Below, piece after piece: positions 1 through 11,215 of a stretch of 37,500 nucleotides of DNA. The stretch spans positions 1 through 37,500 of the IMG/VR virus record IMGVR_UViG_2713896799_000009, one strand, 5' to 3'. Under the pieces are notes generated by a model. That model was given only the letters and a program-made list of their open reading frames with translations. It was not told the DNA's origin and searched no databases. The translations under genes and the position numbers were made by a program. The stretch's first letter is position 1, and every line of letters starts with the position of its first letter. The DNA comes from a virus. Taxonomy: Duplodnaviria; Heunggongvirae; Uroviricota; Caudoviricetes.

Positions 1-1122
1 CGCCGCTGCCAGCTCGTTCAGGGTGTCCAGAACTTCCGGCGATGAGCCAACCAGCGCAGCAAGCAGTTTGCGCACAAACGCTGCGTTCGCTGCTTCCAGA
101 CCGGCGGCATCATCCGGTGGGGTTGGGGTGGTTGGGGTGCCGGTGAAGGCCGGGCTGTCCAGTGGCGCTTTTGTTTTCGTTTCGTCCATGACGGCTTTGA
201 CAGCCTTTGGCGTGGCAGCCAGTTCATCGCTGTCGTTGTCCGTATCACTACACAGTTGCACCAGACCTTTTTCTGTCGTGCTGGCATTTGTTTGCATTTC
301 AGGTCATCAACTATCTGCTGCGCCTCATCCCTGTACTGTTTCGCTTCCTGCGCATTGTCTGCACCTGCATCCTGGCTGGCTTTAGCCTGTCGGGCGTATT
401 CGGCGGCACTGTTTTTGTGCCCCAGCGCCGCATTTGCCGACAGTTCTGAACTGGTCGCTGCTGATGATGCGGCATTATGATAAAGGCGGGCGCGTTCGGC
501 GGCATCGACTGATTTCGTCCCGCGCTGTGCCTGATGACTGTGCGCTGTTTTCTGCCTCACCCGCAAAACGTTCCGCATCATCACGGGCCGTTGCGGTTGT
601 CGTCACATCCTGTGCCGTCTGCTGTGCGTTTCCGGCTGCAGCTTCGGCGCTCTGCTGTGTCTGATTTTTTAGCTCTTCTGCCTCATCCTTACTAACCGCC
701 GCAGATGTTGCTGCATTGATTGCATCATCAGCAGCTGTTTCTGCTCTCTCCCTGTCACTGACCACCTGCTCAGACAAGCGAACAACGGTATTTATCATTT
801 CCTCAAAACGCTTCATTACCTCAGGGCGTAAATCACCCTCCTTTGGTGCATCCAGAAAAGCATTCAGCGTATCCGGCTCATCTGTCGGTGCAACATAAAT
901 TTCCCCCGCCTTTACAGGAGGATGCCCTGAGCGGGACAAAAATACATCATAAAATCCCGGCTCAGCATTAATAGTATACCCGCCATCACTTCCCGTAAGA
1001 CAGGTTGCCACAATATTAACCACAACTGTCGGACTGGTTCTTCTGGCACGCAATTCAATCGCACAGTTTACGACAGGCTCACCCGCTCCGTCCTTCAGGA
1101 CACCTGAAATCTTTACTGCCAT
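1..1122 (-). pseudogene. stf: Side tail fibre gene (lambda Stf-like), truncated by the window edge and apparently disrupted by two frameshifts
   Basis: N-terminus MAVKISGVLKDGAGEPV... matches lambda Stf, with ATG at 1122 after a GGGGTG ribosome-binding site. Frame A has in-frame stops at 475-477 and 304-306. Tail-fibre-like Ala/Ser-rich sequence continues in a second frame through about 300-580 and returns to frame A below 300 (KGLVQL...LAATPKAV...LDSPAFTGTP), running off the window. Confidence 0.6.
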
Positions 1123-1130
1123 ATTCACCC

Positions 1131-1160
1131 CACAAAAAAGCCCGCCTGAACCGGCGGGCT
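1131..1160 (-). terminator. Rho-independent terminator downstream of lom
   Basis: Minus strand reads AGCCCGCCGGTTCAGGCGGGCT followed by TTTTTTGT, directly after the lom stop. Confidence 0.6.
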
Positions 1161-1186
1161 GTCATAACACTGTGTTACCTGGCTAA

Positions 1187-1786
1187 TCAGAATTTATAAC
1201 CGACACCCACGATGAAACCGTCAGTGCGCCAGTCACCACTGCCGGAGCCTTCATAAGCAATATCAATGGCCACGGATTCGGTCGGGTTAAACTGCACGCC
1301 AGCCCCCCACGCCAGAGACGTGTTGCTGTGGCGACCGTCATCACTTCCGGTCAGCACATCGTGCGTTTTCCCCTTGTTGTCAGTTACGCGGAGATAATCC
1401 CCGGAGAAAGTCGACACACGGCTGTAAGCCACACCCGCCATCGCATACGCGCTGAACCATTCATTCACGCGCACAGACGGCCCCGCCATTACGCTGAACC
1501 AGCGGTTACGAACGGAATCTTCATGCCAGCGGGTATCACTGTAACGGGTCAGCTGGCGATTCTTGTCTCCTGCATAGCTGAATGACGTCACCATCCCCAG
1601 TGTGTCCGTAAACTCATAACGGTATTTCACGTTAATGCCCTTCAGGTCATCGTTTCCGGGCATATCAGTATGGGACTGAAGATACCCGCCGCTTAGTGTG
1701 GACTGATGCTCTGCTGCACTCGCTGGCGTACCAGCGGCGACCAGCCAGACTACTGCAGACAGAATAACAGCACATAATTTACGCAT
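1187..1786 (-). CDS. lom: Lom/Ail-family outer membrane beta-barrel protein
   Basis: 199 aa with signal peptide; C-terminus IAYEGSGSGDWRTDGFIVGVGYKF is near-identical to lambda Lom; sits between J and stf as in lambda. Confidence 0.9.
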   Translation of the reverse strand: MRKLCAVILSAVVWLVAAGTPASAAEHQSTLSGGYLQSHTDMPGNDDLKGINVKYRYEFTDTLGMVTSFSYAGDKNRQLTRYSDTRWHEDSVRNRWFSVMAGPSVRVNEWFSAYAMAGVAYSRVSTFSGDYLRVTDNKGKTHDVLTGSDDGRHSNTSLAWGAGVQFNPTESVAIDIAYEGSGSGDWRTDGFIVGVGYKF

Positions 1787-1810
1787 AATTACCTCTCGCT
1801 TTTCTGCAAT

Positions 1811-1834
1811 AAAAAAGGCGCCATTTCTGGCGCC
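1811..1834 (-). terminator. Rho-independent terminator downstream of J
   Basis: Minus strand GGCGCCAGAAATGGCGCC followed by a T-run; then GAGAGG ribosome-binding site and the lom ATG. Confidence 0.6.
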
Positions 1835-1853
1835 CGTATTGGGGTTATAAAAT

Positions 1854-4800
1854 TCAGCTGATACTGATACCGGCTGTTGATTTCTTCATCACGACAACAA
1901 GAAGGTCGCTGATACTGGTCGTTGGCGTCCAGTTATTAGCACCATATGAAGAAACATTGAAAGTCAGGGTGACATGCCCGTGTCCGGCAGGCATATCGAT
2001 GACAGATGAAAATACCCTGCTGACATCCGTCGCGGGTTGCTGAAAGATTTCCTGTCCGTTCTTCAGCACCTGCAGCTTACAGGTTGAGTACCAGTATGAC
2101 TGTTGGTTGTTGCTGTTAAAGTTTTCATGCTTACCACCGCGAAACAGAACGGGTGGGATTACTATCTGACGGTCAAAAGCCTGGTCATCGTACACAGTGA
2201 CCGTTATTGTACCGCTGGCATAACTGCCATTTCTCGGAAAGGATTTTCCCACCGTTTTGACAATATCGCCTTCAATCTGATTGGCTGACAGTTTCCCCTT
2301 AATCTGACAGTTCTCATTTATCGTGACGTTGTTGAGCGTCCCGGAGTTCGCATTCACGTTACCGCTGATATCGGCATTTTTAGCGGTCAGCTTTCCGTCC
2401 GGTGTCAGGGAAAATGCAGGAGGATTACCGCCGCTGGTAATGGTGGGAGCCGTCAGATATTTCAGGAACACTTCATTCATGAATATCTGATCACCCTGAC
2501 CAACAAACATCGGTTTTGTGTTGCCATTTGCAGGATTAATCATCGCAATCCTGTCTGCCGCCAGCAGCACCTGACTCTGCATGCCGTCAGGGGTGTTCTC
2601 AATACCGGCACCGATACCCGCAATATAAAGGCGACCATCCTGCATCTGCTGCAGTTTCACGGCCCACATACTGTTCAGGTTATTACTGGTGTCCGTCTGA
2701 ACCTTTTGTATCTGCTGGATGGTGGCCTCCTGATCTCCCAGCTTCTGGTCCGTTGTCGTCATGATTTCACTGCTTTTTTGATCCACATACTGGCGAACCT
2801 GCGCTATCTGGCGTGCATTCTCCTCATTACTCTGACTGACCGTCTGCGTGAGTTCGCTGCTGACGTTATCCACTCTCTGGCTCACCTGTGATATACCCAG
2901 TGACAGCTCATCATTTTTTTTCGCAACCAGCTGTGTGAGGCTGTTTTCTGTCTCCCCGATTTTTTGGGTCACTTCAGCAATATCACTCTCTATCTGCTGA
3001 TTGATCTCATCCTCCAGTTGCTCAACTTCACTGCGCAATGCCGAGGCATTAATACGATCGTTCAGCTCCTGCCCCAGCAGGGTGCTGTTTATTTTCCCTT
3101 CAAAAAAATTGAGATACACCTCAGCATCATTAACCGGCCGGCCGACAGCTTCCACAAACGCTGATTTACCGACGATGTTCACACTGCGGATATAAAAGTA
3201 ATAATCATGGCCCGGCCTGATATTAATACTGGCAGCTGTCCAGTACATCGCCGTACCAAGATAGCGGGCTGTGGTTTCAACCTGCCGGATATCCGTAATC
3301 CGCTTTTCCGAGAACCAGAACTCAAACTGCACCGTCGGGTCATACACCGCAAGACGCGGGACTGCCGTTATCTGAAAATACCCCGGTATCAGTTCAATAG
3401 TGACAGGCGCTGCCGGTGCCGCAATCCGGAACGATACCGACGCCGGATCACCCTGCTGCCCCCGGGCATTTACAGCCCGGACCGTCAGCATATAACGCCC
3501 CAGCGCCAGTTGTCTGAAGCGGTATGTGGTTTCCGTCGTCCGGGCTGTGCTGACCAGCCGCTCACTGCCGTCGTCCGCTGCCACGGTCAGGCGAAGCATG
3601 AAGCTCACGCCCTTCACCACCTTCGGCGTGTCCCAGCGGGCCAGTACCTGATACTCCCCGCTGTCTGCGGTGACTTCGGCGGTAAGGTGCTGCACCGCTG
3701 GCGGTGTGACACCATTCACCGTGCCGCTCTGGTCGCCGTCAAAGTGCGCCCCGTTATCCACGATGGCTTCTTTTTCCGGTACATGCTGCACGGCAGTGAT
3801 GGCATACGTGCCGTCGTCGTTCTCACGGATACTCACGCAGCGGAACAGGCGCTGGCGCAGCGTCGGCAGCTTCAGCCCCCACACGCTGTATTCGGCAACG
3901 CCGTCAGGAACACGGCTCACTTTCACCTTCATGCCGTCGGTGACGGACTGAACCTCCACGCTGACCGGATTGCCATTTCCGTCAACCAGGCTTATCAGCG
4001 TGGTGCCGGAGGATGGCAGCGTGATTTCACGGTCGAGCGTCAGCGTCCGGGTCTGGCTGTTCACCGCCAGCACACGACCACCGGTGCTGATACCGGCATA
4101 GTCATCATCACAGATTTCAATAACATCGCCCGGTACATGGCGAAGCCCTTCGGCACCCACGCTGAAGTCCACGGTCTGCGTTTCCAGCAGTTCCGTTTTA
4201 ATCAGCCACAGCCCGGCGCGGTGCGCCTGCCCCCGGCTGGTACAGCCAAAGGCATCCATCTTCGTGACGTTACGACCGTAACGGGCAATGGCCTGCGTGT
4301 CCTCCACAAGCTCTGTTGCCGTCTCCCAGCCGTTGTCCGGGTCAATCCAGTTCACCTCAACGGCATTATGGCGGTCCTTCAGGGCGCTGAAGCTGTAGCG
4401 GAACGGCGCGCCATCATCCGGCATCACCACATTACTGCGGTTATAGGTCCACACCTTATCTGATGGTCGGTCCTGCACGAACGTCAGCGTCTGCCCGTTC
4501 CATACCGGCATACAGCGCATCGCCGAGCAGAAATCACTGAGCACATCCCACGCCTTGCGCTGTGTGGTCAGGTACGCATTACAGGTGATGCGCGGCTCCG
4601 TGCCGCCAAAACCGTCCGGCACCGACTGATCGCAATGCTGGCCGATGACATACAGCGCCCATTTGTCCACATCCGCCGCACCAAGACGTTTCCCCATGCC
4701 GTAGCGCGGATGGGTCAGCATATCCCACAGACACCAGGCCATGTTGTTGCTGTATGCCGGTTTTAACGTTCCGTCCCAGATACCGCTGTATTGCCGCGTC

Positions 4801-5555
4801 TGCGGGTTATAGTTCGACGGCACCTGCAGAATGCGCCCGCGAAGATGATAATTACGGCTCACCTGCTGGCTGCCGAACTGCTCCGAATCCACCTGTACGC
4901 CGACCAGTGCCGTGTTCGGGTAGCACTGTTTCACATCGATGATTTCGGTGTATGACGACCAGAGCGTTTTGTTCTGCAGCTGGTCTGTGGTGCTGTCCGG
5001 CGTCATCCTGCGCATCCGGATATTGAACGGGCGCGGCGGCAGGTTACCCACCACCACCGAGGCCAGATACTGTGAGGTGGTTTTGCCTTTAATGGTGATG
5101 TCTTTTTCCGTCACCCAGCCACCGTTACGTTGTATCTGAACCAGCAGGCGGACTTCCGACGGATTCCTGTCCCCCTTTGAGGTGGTTTCCACCAGTGCCT
5201 GCACGCCGAAGGTAAAACGCAGTCGGTCAATGTTTGCCGACGTGATGGTCCGGGTGATCGGCGTGTCGTATTTCACTTCCGTACCCAGCACCGTCTCGGA
5301 GCCGGAGGATTCAAATCCCTCCGGCGGTGTCTGCTCCTGCTCGCCTGCCCGGAACACCACCGTGACGCCGGAGATATTGGTATTCCCCTCGCTGTCCAGC
5401 ACCGGCGTACTGTTCAGCAGCACGCTTTTTAATCCATCCACCGGACCTTCAACCGGACCTTCGCTGATGGCATCAATCACACTCAGCAACTGCGTGGACT
5501 TCAGGTTGTCCTTCGCTTCGCGCGGGGTATGCCCCTTACTGCTGCCTTTACCCAT
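1854..5555 (-). CDS. J: Tail tip / host-specificity protein J (central tail fibre)
   Basis: 1233 aa; N-terminus [34 protein letters not shown] matches lambda J closely. Contains a coiled-coil segment about 100 aa longer than lambda J and a diverged C-terminal receptor-binding region. Confidence 0.95.
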   Translation of the reverse strand: MGKGSSKGHTPREAKDNLKSTQLLSVIDAISEGPVEGPVDGLKSVLLNSTPVLDSEGNTNISGVTVVFRAGEQEQTPPEGFESSGSETVLGTEVKYDTPITRTITSANIDRLRFTFGVQALVETTSKGDRNPSEVRLLVQIQRNGGWVTEKDITIKGKTTSQYLASVVVGNLPPRPFNIRMRRMTPDSTTDQLQNKTLWSSYTEIIDVKQCYPNTALVGVQVDSEQFGSQQVSRNYHLRGRILQVPSNYNPQTRQYSGIWDGTLKPAYSNNMAWCLWDMLTHPRYGMGKRLGAADVDKWALYVIGQHCDQSVPDGFGGTEPRITCNAYLTTQRKAWDVLSDFCSAMRCMPVWNGQTLTFVQDRPSDKVWTYNRSNVVMPDDGAPFRYSFSALKDRHNAVEVNWIDPDNGWETATELVEDTQAIARYGRNVTKMDAFGCTSRGQAHRAGLWLIKTELLETQTVDFSVGAEGLRHVPGDVIEICDDDYAGISTGGRVLAVNSQTRTLTLDREITLPSSGTTLISLVDGNGNPVSVEVQSVTDGMKVKVSRVPDGVAEYSVWGLKLPTLRQRLFRCVSIRENDDGTYAITAVQHVPEKEAIVDNGAHFDGDQSGTVNGVTPPAVQHLTAEVTADSGEYQVLARWDTPKVVKGVSFMLRLTVAADDGSERLVSTARTTETTYRFRQLALGRYMLTVRAVNARGQQGDPASVSFRIAAPAAPVTIELIPGYFQITAVPRLAVYDPTVQFEFWFSEKRITDIRQVETTARYLGTAMYWTAASINIRPGHDYYFYIRSVNIVGKSAFVEAVGRPVNDAEVYLNFFEGKINSTLLGQELNDRINASALRSEVEQLEDEINQQIESDIAEVTQKIGETENSLTQLVAKKNDELSLGISQVSQRVDNVSSELTQTVSQSNEENARQIAQVRQYVDQKSSEIMTTTDQKLGDQEATIQQIQKVQTDTSNNLNSMWAVKLQQMQDGRLYIAGIGAGIENTPDGMQSQVLLAADRIAMINPANGNTKPMFVGQGDQIFMNEVFLKYLTAPTITSGGNPPAFSLTPDGKLTAKNADISGNVNANSGTLNNVTINENCQIKGKLSANQIEGDIVKTVGKSFPRNGSYASGTITVTVYDDQAFDRQIVIPPVLFRGGKHENFNSNNQQSYWYSTCKLQVLKNGQEIFQQPATDVSRVFSSVIDMPAGHGHVTLTFNVSSYGANNWTPTTSISDLLVVVMKKSTAGISIS

Positions 5556-5615
5556 TCCTCACGCTCCATAAACGACAAAACCGCCCGGAGGCGGTTTCAC
5601 ATAAAACATTTTTCA

Positions 5616-6263
5616 TCAGCGACCAATCACCACAACCTGACCACCATCACCTTCATCTGCCGTGCTGATCTCCTGAGATACCACCCGCGACCCCACACGC
5701 ATTTCACCGTACAGAACGGGCAGAACATTGCCCTGGGCAACCATGTTATCCAGTGACGAGAAATACGTGTTCTGTTTGCCGTTATCTGTACTGGCTGCCG
5801 TGGGCGTCCTGGCTTTCGGTGCCAGCATCTGCGCCACACCACCCAGGATCATACTGGCCCCTGCTGCATACATACCCGATACAGCCGCGGCCCCCAGCCA
5901 GCCCACAGGGTTCCACCATGCCACCGCAATCAGCGCCGCACCCAGCACCGCCTGAAACACACCGCCACTTTTGGCCCCCTCCAGACGCGGAACGATGTGG
6001 ATCACGGCACCATTTGCCAGCGGCTCATTAAGACGGGCAGACAATTCGGTTTCACCTGCATCACGCCCGGCAATCCGTACCTGATACCAGCCGTCACTCA
6101 GTTTCTGACGAAACGCCGGGATCTGCATGGCCAGCGCCCGGATGGCTTCGGCCCCCGTTTTCACTCGAAGGTCGATGCGGCGGCCAAATCGTTGTAAATC
6201 CCCGTAAAGGCAGATGCGTGCCATGCCCGGTGACGCCAGAGGGAGTGTGTGCGTCGCTGCCAT
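5616..6263 (-). CDS. I: Tail assembly protein I
   Basis: MAATHTLPLASPGMARICLYGDLQRFG... matches lambda gpI; start overlaps the end of K as in lambda. Confidence 0.9.
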   Translation of the reverse strand: MAATHTLPLASPGMARICLYGDLQRFGRRIDLRVKTGAEAIRALAMQIPAFRQKLSDGWYQVRIAGRDAGETELSARLNEPLANGAVIHIVPRLEGAKSGGVFQAVLGAALIAVAWWNPVGWLGAAAVSGMYAAGASMILGGVAQMLAPKARTPTAASTDNGKQNTYFSSLDNMVAQGNVLPVLYGEMRVGSRVVSQEISTADEGDGGQVVVIGR

Positions 6264-6913
6264 TTGTCGGTGTACCTCTCTCGTTTGCTCAGTTGTTCAG
6301 GAATATGGTGCAGCAGCTCGCTGTCACCACAGTAAATGGCGGCATGATTCGGCACCGATGAACCAAAACAGCACAGCAGCACATCGCCCGGCTGCGCCGC
6401 TGACAACGGCACCTGATACAGCCCTGTGGCCTCCAGATTATCCAGATAGAGATTCTGACCGTTACGCCACCAGTCATCCTCGCGATGAAAATCCGGCATC
6501 TCAATCCCCGCCAGATGGTAAGCATCCCGGAACAGCGTGTAACAGTCCGTCACCCCGTGCTCAAAGCGCCGCCCGGAAAGATGTGGCACACAGCGGAACT
6601 TGTGAATCGCCCCCCGGCAGACCAGCCACCACGGCAAATCACTCTGCACCTGCAGCCGCCGGTCGGTCTCACTCAGCCAGGGCAGACCACCGGGGTGGCT
6701 GTGGACCAGCGCCACAATCTCACCCTGCATCTCTGCCCGCAGCCAGTCCTCCGGCGACATCCGGAAATACGCCTCCGGCTCACCGGAGATATTCACGCAG
6801 GGAAAATATCTTTCCCCCTCCGGTGTTCTCACCACGAAGCCGCACGACTCCGCTGGCGCACATCGCCGGGCGTGCGCCAGAATCGCTGATTCTGTCTCTG
6901 TCATGGGATTCAC
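6161..6913 (-). CDS. K: Tail assembly protein K (NlpC/P60 and JAB/MPN-like)
   Basis: 250 aa; HSHP motif (EIVALVHSHPGG) and position between L and I match lambda gpK. Confidence 0.9.
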   Translation of the reverse strand: MNPMTETESAILAHARRCAPAESCGFVVRTPEGERYFPCVNISGEPEAYFRMSPEDWLRAEMQGEIVALVHSHPGGLPWLSETDRRLQVQSDLPWWLVCRGAIHKFRCVPHLSGRRFEHGVTDCYTLFRDAYHLAGIEMPDFHREDDWWRNGQNLYLDNLEATGLYQVPLSAAQPGDVLLCCFGSSVPNHAAIYCGDSELLHHIPEQLSKRERYTDKWQRRTHSLWRHRAWHASAFTGIYNDLAAASTFE

Positions 6914-7608
6914 TGCGAAAGTTTGTTAATGGAAAGGAAGCCGCCAAAGTTGCCGACGTTATTGCGAAACTTACAGCCGCTCAGGCATTTGCTGCATTTA
7001 TCCTTCGTGATATCGGACGTCGGCTGATCATATTCATCCGCGACCGCCGGGCCATCATAACCGCACTCATCGCCGCGGTAGATCCAGGTGCAGGTGTTGG
7101 CCAGCATGATGCGCCCCGGAAAAACAGCACCGTCCGTTTCCGTCGGTGTGGACAGCACAAAAGAGGCACTGACCGCGCTCAGTTCGCTGCACTGTTCGAT
7201 GCGCCAGCGGCTGATCACCTCCTGCTCCGGATCGGCGTCACTGTTTCCGTTGACGAAGTTCACCGCATCCAGAAAACGGGCGTAAACCTTACGCCGGACC
7301 ACCGTTCCGCCGACCAGACTCTGCAGATCTTCCGCCATCCCGGTGACCATGCCGTACAGATTAGAGACTTTAAGCGTTGGCCTTGCACTGGCTCCTTTGC
7401 CGTTCATCTCAAATCCGCTTCCCTGAATGGGATAAGCCTGATACTGCCGCCCCTGCCAGGTGACTGGTTCACCTTTTTCGTTCTGCTCATTACAGAAGAA
7501 ATAACGATCTCCGCCGACCTCTGTCAGATCAATTTCCCAGAGCACGACCAGCGCGGATTGCTCCGTTTTAGTGCACTCATTGAGTGTTTCCTGCTGTATA
7601 TCCTGCAT
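6910..7608 (-). CDS. L: Minor tail protein L
   Basis: 232 aa with lambda gpL-like sequence and cysteine cluster (CSKCLSGCKF); positioned between M and K. Confidence 0.9.
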   Translation of the reverse strand: MQDIQQETLNECTKTEQSALVVLWEIDLTEVGGDRYFFCNEQNEKGEPVTWQGRQYQAYPIQGSGFEMNGKGASARPTLKVSNLYGMVTGMAEDLQSLVGGTVVRRKVYARFLDAVNFVNGNSDADPEQEVISRWRIEQCSELSAVSASFVLSTPTETDGAVFPGRIMLANTCTWIYRGDECGYDGPAVADEYDQPTSDITKDKCSKCLSGCKFRNNVGNFGGFLSINKLSQ

Positions 7609-7907
7609 CAGTGAGTGACCTCTTCAAAGGTACAGTTAAAATCGGTATACATGGTATTATCCGAAATGCTCCACTCCCTGCAGACAACCCGGACAGTCCT
7701 GTTGTGTTTTGGCGGACGCCACAAAAAAGCACGAATCCCGGCATGACGGGATAAAAAACTGTCCAGCGCGGCACGGGAATATTCATCTGTGACACGAAAT
7801 ACCGGTTTAAACGTTTTCAGATCCGCATTCAGACCACCAGCCCGTCGCTGTTCATATCCGTCACCAAACTTTACCGTAATAACTGATGGCTTTCGTGTCG
7901 TCTCCAT
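7608..7907 (-). CDS. M: Minor tail protein M
   Basis: FGDGYEQRRAGGLNADLKTF matches the lambda gpM core. Start chosen at the ATG at 7907, preceded by GAGGGG; the ORF track's longer start at 7994 and an ATG at 7964 would overlap the tape-measure gene. Confidence 0.75.
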   Translation of the reverse strand: METTRKPSVITVKFGDGYEQRRAGGLNADLKTFKPVFRVTDEYSRAALDSFLSRHAGIRAFLWRPPKHNRTVRVVCREWSISDNTMYTDFNCTFEEVTH

Positions 7908-7941
7908 CCCCTCACGGGGGATCCAGTTAAAAACTTCAGGC

Positions 7942-10900
7942 TCAGGCACTGTACAATCCTCCATCCCGACGCGATGACTGCATAATTGACACAACCCTGC
8001 TGTCGATCAGATCCACCAGTCCCCTGGCTGAGCGCGCATCTATCTCGCCATTGCTCCCTTGATTCTGAATGCTGATGTGATACACGGGAGAATAAACAAA
8101 TCCACCGCCACCATTCACATTTCCAATGGCCCTGACCCCAAGAGAGCCGTCCGCTGCCCGTGTCAGTGGCATGATTGCTTCAGGCCCGGCCTCGCCCATC
8201 AACCCGGCACCTTTCGCAAAAGCAAAATACGTCGGTGTATCCACAATAGTGTTACTGTAAGCACTCAGATTTGCCGATGTGTAAACACCACCTTTTGCGT
8301 TTGCCACTGCCCCCGAAATCCATCCGCCGACCGTACCAAGCCACCCTCCGGCACCGGAGAGTGATTTCAGTCCGTTAACAATGGCTGCATTCATCAGAAT
8401 TTTTGAAACTTCCCGGAGAACTGAACTCCCCCAGTTCCTCCAGTCCACAACATTCCCGGCCAGTGCATCGGAAATATTTGATACCAGCCCGTCCATCGTG
8501 GAAACGACAGCATCTGCCGCCTGTGAAGCATAATCGGTGGCACTGTCTGCCCAGTTGGTCAGTCCCTCCTGGAGTCCGGCATTCCAGTTATTACGTAAAG
8601 CATCGGCCTTTGCATAATAATCCTGCTGATCGCTGAGACGCTCTTCCAGATATTTTTTATTCAGTTCTTTCTCCTGTTTCCACAGAGCTTCTTCAATTTC
8701 TCCGGCCTGATACTGTCTCAGCAGCTCGTTATTTTTCTGCTCAAACGCCTGCCGGATACTCCACATTTCCTGGAGTCGTTCACGCATCCGTGAGCCTTCA
8801 CCATATCCCAGCAACTGCGCTTCGTCAGATGCCCGGGCACTGGCATTACTGTCCGCCAGACTGCTCTCATACGCAGCAAGCTGCTCACGAATCTTTTTCT
8901 GGTCGATGAGTGCTGCATTCTGCAAAAGCGTTTTTTTCTGCGCTTCTGACAGGGTTGATAATTCGCCCTGACTGACCTGATATTTCATCTTAGCCAGTTC
9001 AGTATTCTGCCCTGCCAGTGCTATTTGTTCTTTTTGCTGTTTAATCAGCCGTTTATAAATATCTTCTGTTTTTTCCGCTTCGGTCTTTTTATGCGCTTTG
9101 GGTTTATTTGCCTGGTTATTTCGCCAGGCATCCAGTGAGTTATTGATATAATTCTGTCTGGCTGTCTGATACGCCTCTCCCACAAAGCCGAGATCATCCG
9201 CAGCATAACCCAGGCGGGCACGCTCACGGGCTTCCCCCTTCAGGCGGGACAGAGCCAGTTCGCGCTCACTGTTATTCAGTGCGGTCTGCTGTTTATCATC
9301 CAGGGTTGCCTGTGGTAGCCGTAACGGTACATTCACCAGCCCCTGTCGCTGCTGAAGTAATTCATTACCGAGCCCGAGAAGGCGATTAAACTCGGTATGC
9401 TGCCCATTCATGATCAACAGGGACTGATACGCTTTGTTTTGTTCCGCGGCCTGTTGACGGATCAACGCCACCCGTCGCTCCTCCAGCCCGGCAAGCACAT
9501 CCTGAATGGATTGCGCTTTGCCCTGCATTTGTGTGAGACGGGACTGTTCAACTGCCAGTTGATTTGTTGCTTCTGCAAGCCCTTCTGTGACAGTTTTTAC
9601 CGACGTCATGTGGTTAATCATAAAACCGTTATCGGTTGTCCAGCCCGGGTTTGCCAGCACATACTGATAGCCAGCAATTTTTTCCTGTAAGGATTTAATC
9701 TTACTTTTCTGCTCGTCAATTAACCTGTTTTGCTCATCAAGTGCCTGCCGCGTCTTTTCCTCATTATCTGACGCTTCAGGAAGCGACATTGCCGACGTTT
9801 TCTGGCGAATTTCGTCGATTGTTGCGGCATACTGGCGTGCAGATTCTCTGGCCTGCTCCTGATTCTGATACATCGTGTACCAGGCCGTCGCCCCCAGCAT
9901 GACGAGTCCCGGCACACCACCAACCAACCCCAGCGCACCACTTAACAGACGACTCCCCACTGACGTGACAGTATTCAGCGTTGTCTGTGCCGCTGTTCTG
10001 GCCGCAATATTACGGGTAAGTGACGCCTGGGCAGCTGTCAGCTTCGCTTCTGCTGCGGCCTGCCTTTCGGTACCGCGAGCAGCAACAACCGCCTGTTGCG
10101 CACGATAAACCGCCGCACGCGCCCTGGCGGTTGCTATCTGTGTCCCCCGAAGTTGCGCTTCAGCAAGAGCCACTTCGTTTCTGGCTGCAGTAATTAATCC
10201 GGCAGTTGCAGATCCAGCAGACGACGCCATATTGCCAAAATATCGGGCTACCCCGACGGCAACCAGTGCGCCAGCTGCAGCAGCCACGGTATCCATATTG
10301 TCTGCAACACCATTCAACACCCCGGTGAGTGTCTTTGTCACTCCGCTTGCCTCGTTCGCACCACCAACCCAGGCCATAAAGGCGTTTTCAACTTTGGTTG
10401 CAGAGGATGAAACAGTATCAGGCATTGCTGCATATTCATCACGCAACGCCCCAAGCTGACTAATCAGTGCAGGAACAACCTTATCGGCGGTCAGTTTTCC
10501 GTTATCCGCCATGGCCTTCAGATCCTTACGGGCAACACCCATTCCCGCAGCCAGCGCACGAATAACACGATCGCCGTTCTCATTCACAGAGTTAAATTCT
10601 TCACCGCGCAGCACTCCCTGCGCCAGTGCCTGACTGAACTGCGTGATCACCGAACTGGCTTCTGCTGTACTGGCACCGGATAATTTCAGGCCCGTGGAGA
10701 TCGCCTCGGTGACTTTCAGTACCTCCTCAGAACTGTAGCCATACTCCCGCATGGAAGCTGCAGAGCGGGCAAAAAGGCTGGCGTTATCAGAAAACGCCGT
10801 TCCCGTTCTCTGGCTGATTGCCATTAATTCACGTTGTGATACCTGAAAATCATCACTGGACTGTGAAGCCTGCTTCAGACGGGCATTTACTGAATTCCAC

Positions 10901-11175
10901 TCATCGGCGAGAGAAATAAGATGACCGGTAGCAAAAGCCCCGGCAAATGCCCCCGCCATGTTCAGTGCCGAAGATTTAGCTGTATTTATCTGATCCGTCA
11001 CTTCTGCCAGTGCACGCCGCATTTCACGGGATGCAGCAGCGGACTGCCGGCCTCCGTTCTGCATGGTACGGTAGTAATCCTGCCCCATACGCGAAGCCCG
11101 GGAGATCTCTGACTGGAATGACCGGGAATTTGCCGAGATTTTAATAATCAGTTCACGTAATGTCGCCACACTCAT
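7942..11175 (-). CDS. H: Tail tape measure protein (lambda H analogue)
   Basis: 1077 aa, Ala/Gln-rich coiled-coil with glycine-rich hydrophobic segments; lies between G-T and M. Confidence 0.9.
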   Translation of the reverse strand: MSVATLRELIIKISANSRSFQSEISRASRMGQDYYRTMQNGGRQSAAASREMRRALAEVTDQINTAKSSALNMAGAFAGAFATGHLISLADEWNSVNARLKQASQSSDDFQVSQRELMAISQRTGTAFSDNASLFARSAASMREYGYSSEEVLKVTEAISTGLKLSGASTAEASSVITQFSQALAQGVLRGEEFNSVNENGDRVIRALAAGMGVARKDLKAMADNGKLTADKVVPALISQLGALRDEYAAMPDTVSSSATKVENAFMAWVGGANEASGVTKTLTGVLNGVADNMDTVAAAAGALVAVGVARYFGNMASSAGSATAGLITAARNEVALAEAQLRGTQIATARARAAVYRAQQAVVAARGTERQAAAEAKLTAAQASLTRNIAARTAAQTTLNTVTSVGSRLLSGALGLVGGVPGLVMLGATAWYTMYQNQEQARESARQYAATIDEIRQKTSAMSLPEASDNEEKTRQALDEQNRLIDEQKSKIKSLQEKIAGYQYVLANPGWTTDNGFMINHMTSVKTVTEGLAEATNQLAVEQSRLTQMQGKAQSIQDVLAGLEERRVALIRQQAAEQNKAYQSLLIMNGQHTEFNRLLGLGNELLQQRQGLVNVPLRLPQATLDDKQQTALNNSERELALSRLKGEARERARLGYAADDLGFVGEAYQTARQNYINNSLDAWRNNQANKPKAHKKTEAEKTEDIYKRLIKQQKEQIALAGQNTELAKMKYQVSQGELSTLSEAQKKTLLQNAALIDQKKIREQLAAYESSLADSNASARASDEAQLLGYGEGSRMRERLQEMWSIRQAFEQKNNELLRQYQAGEIEEALWKQEKELNKKYLEERLSDQQDYYAKADALRNNWNAGLQEGLTNWADSATDYASQAADAVVSTMDGLVSNISDALAGNVVDWRNWGSSVLREVSKILMNAAIVNGLKSLSGAGGWLGTVGGWISGAVANAKGGVYTSANLSAYSNTIVDTPTYFAFAKGAGLMGEAGPEAIMPLTRAADGSLGVRAIGNVNGGGGFVYSPVYHISIQNQGSNGEIDARSARGLVDLIDSRVVSIMQSSRRDGGLYSA

Positions 11176-11185
11176 TCTCCGGACG

Positions 11186-11207
11186 AAAAAAAACCGCCGA
11201 AGCGGTT
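11186..11207 (-). terminator. Intra-operon rho-independent terminator between G-T and the tape-measure gene
   Basis: Minus strand AACCGCTTCGGCGGTT followed by TTTTTTTCG, then GGAG and the H start codon. Confidence 0.5.
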
Positions 11208-11215
11208 ATGTTGAC

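Noticed and set aside
18-584. 188-aa minus-strand ORF taken as an independent gene
   Set aside because: Its middle part is tail-fibre-like and is better explained as the frameshifted continuation of stf; its N- and C-terminal parts are out-of-frame junk.
3207-4463. 418-aa plus-strand ORF inside the J gene
   Set aside because: Antisense to a well-supported J coding sequence, Arg/His-rich low-complexity translation, no start signals; typical spurious antisense ORF in GC-rich coding DNA. The same applies to the short plus-strand ORFs across 2103-5571.
6214-7614. 466-aa plus-strand ORF spanning the K and L genes
   Set aside because: Antisense to two well-supported tail genes; proline/arginine-rich composition consistent with the complementary strand of coding sequence.
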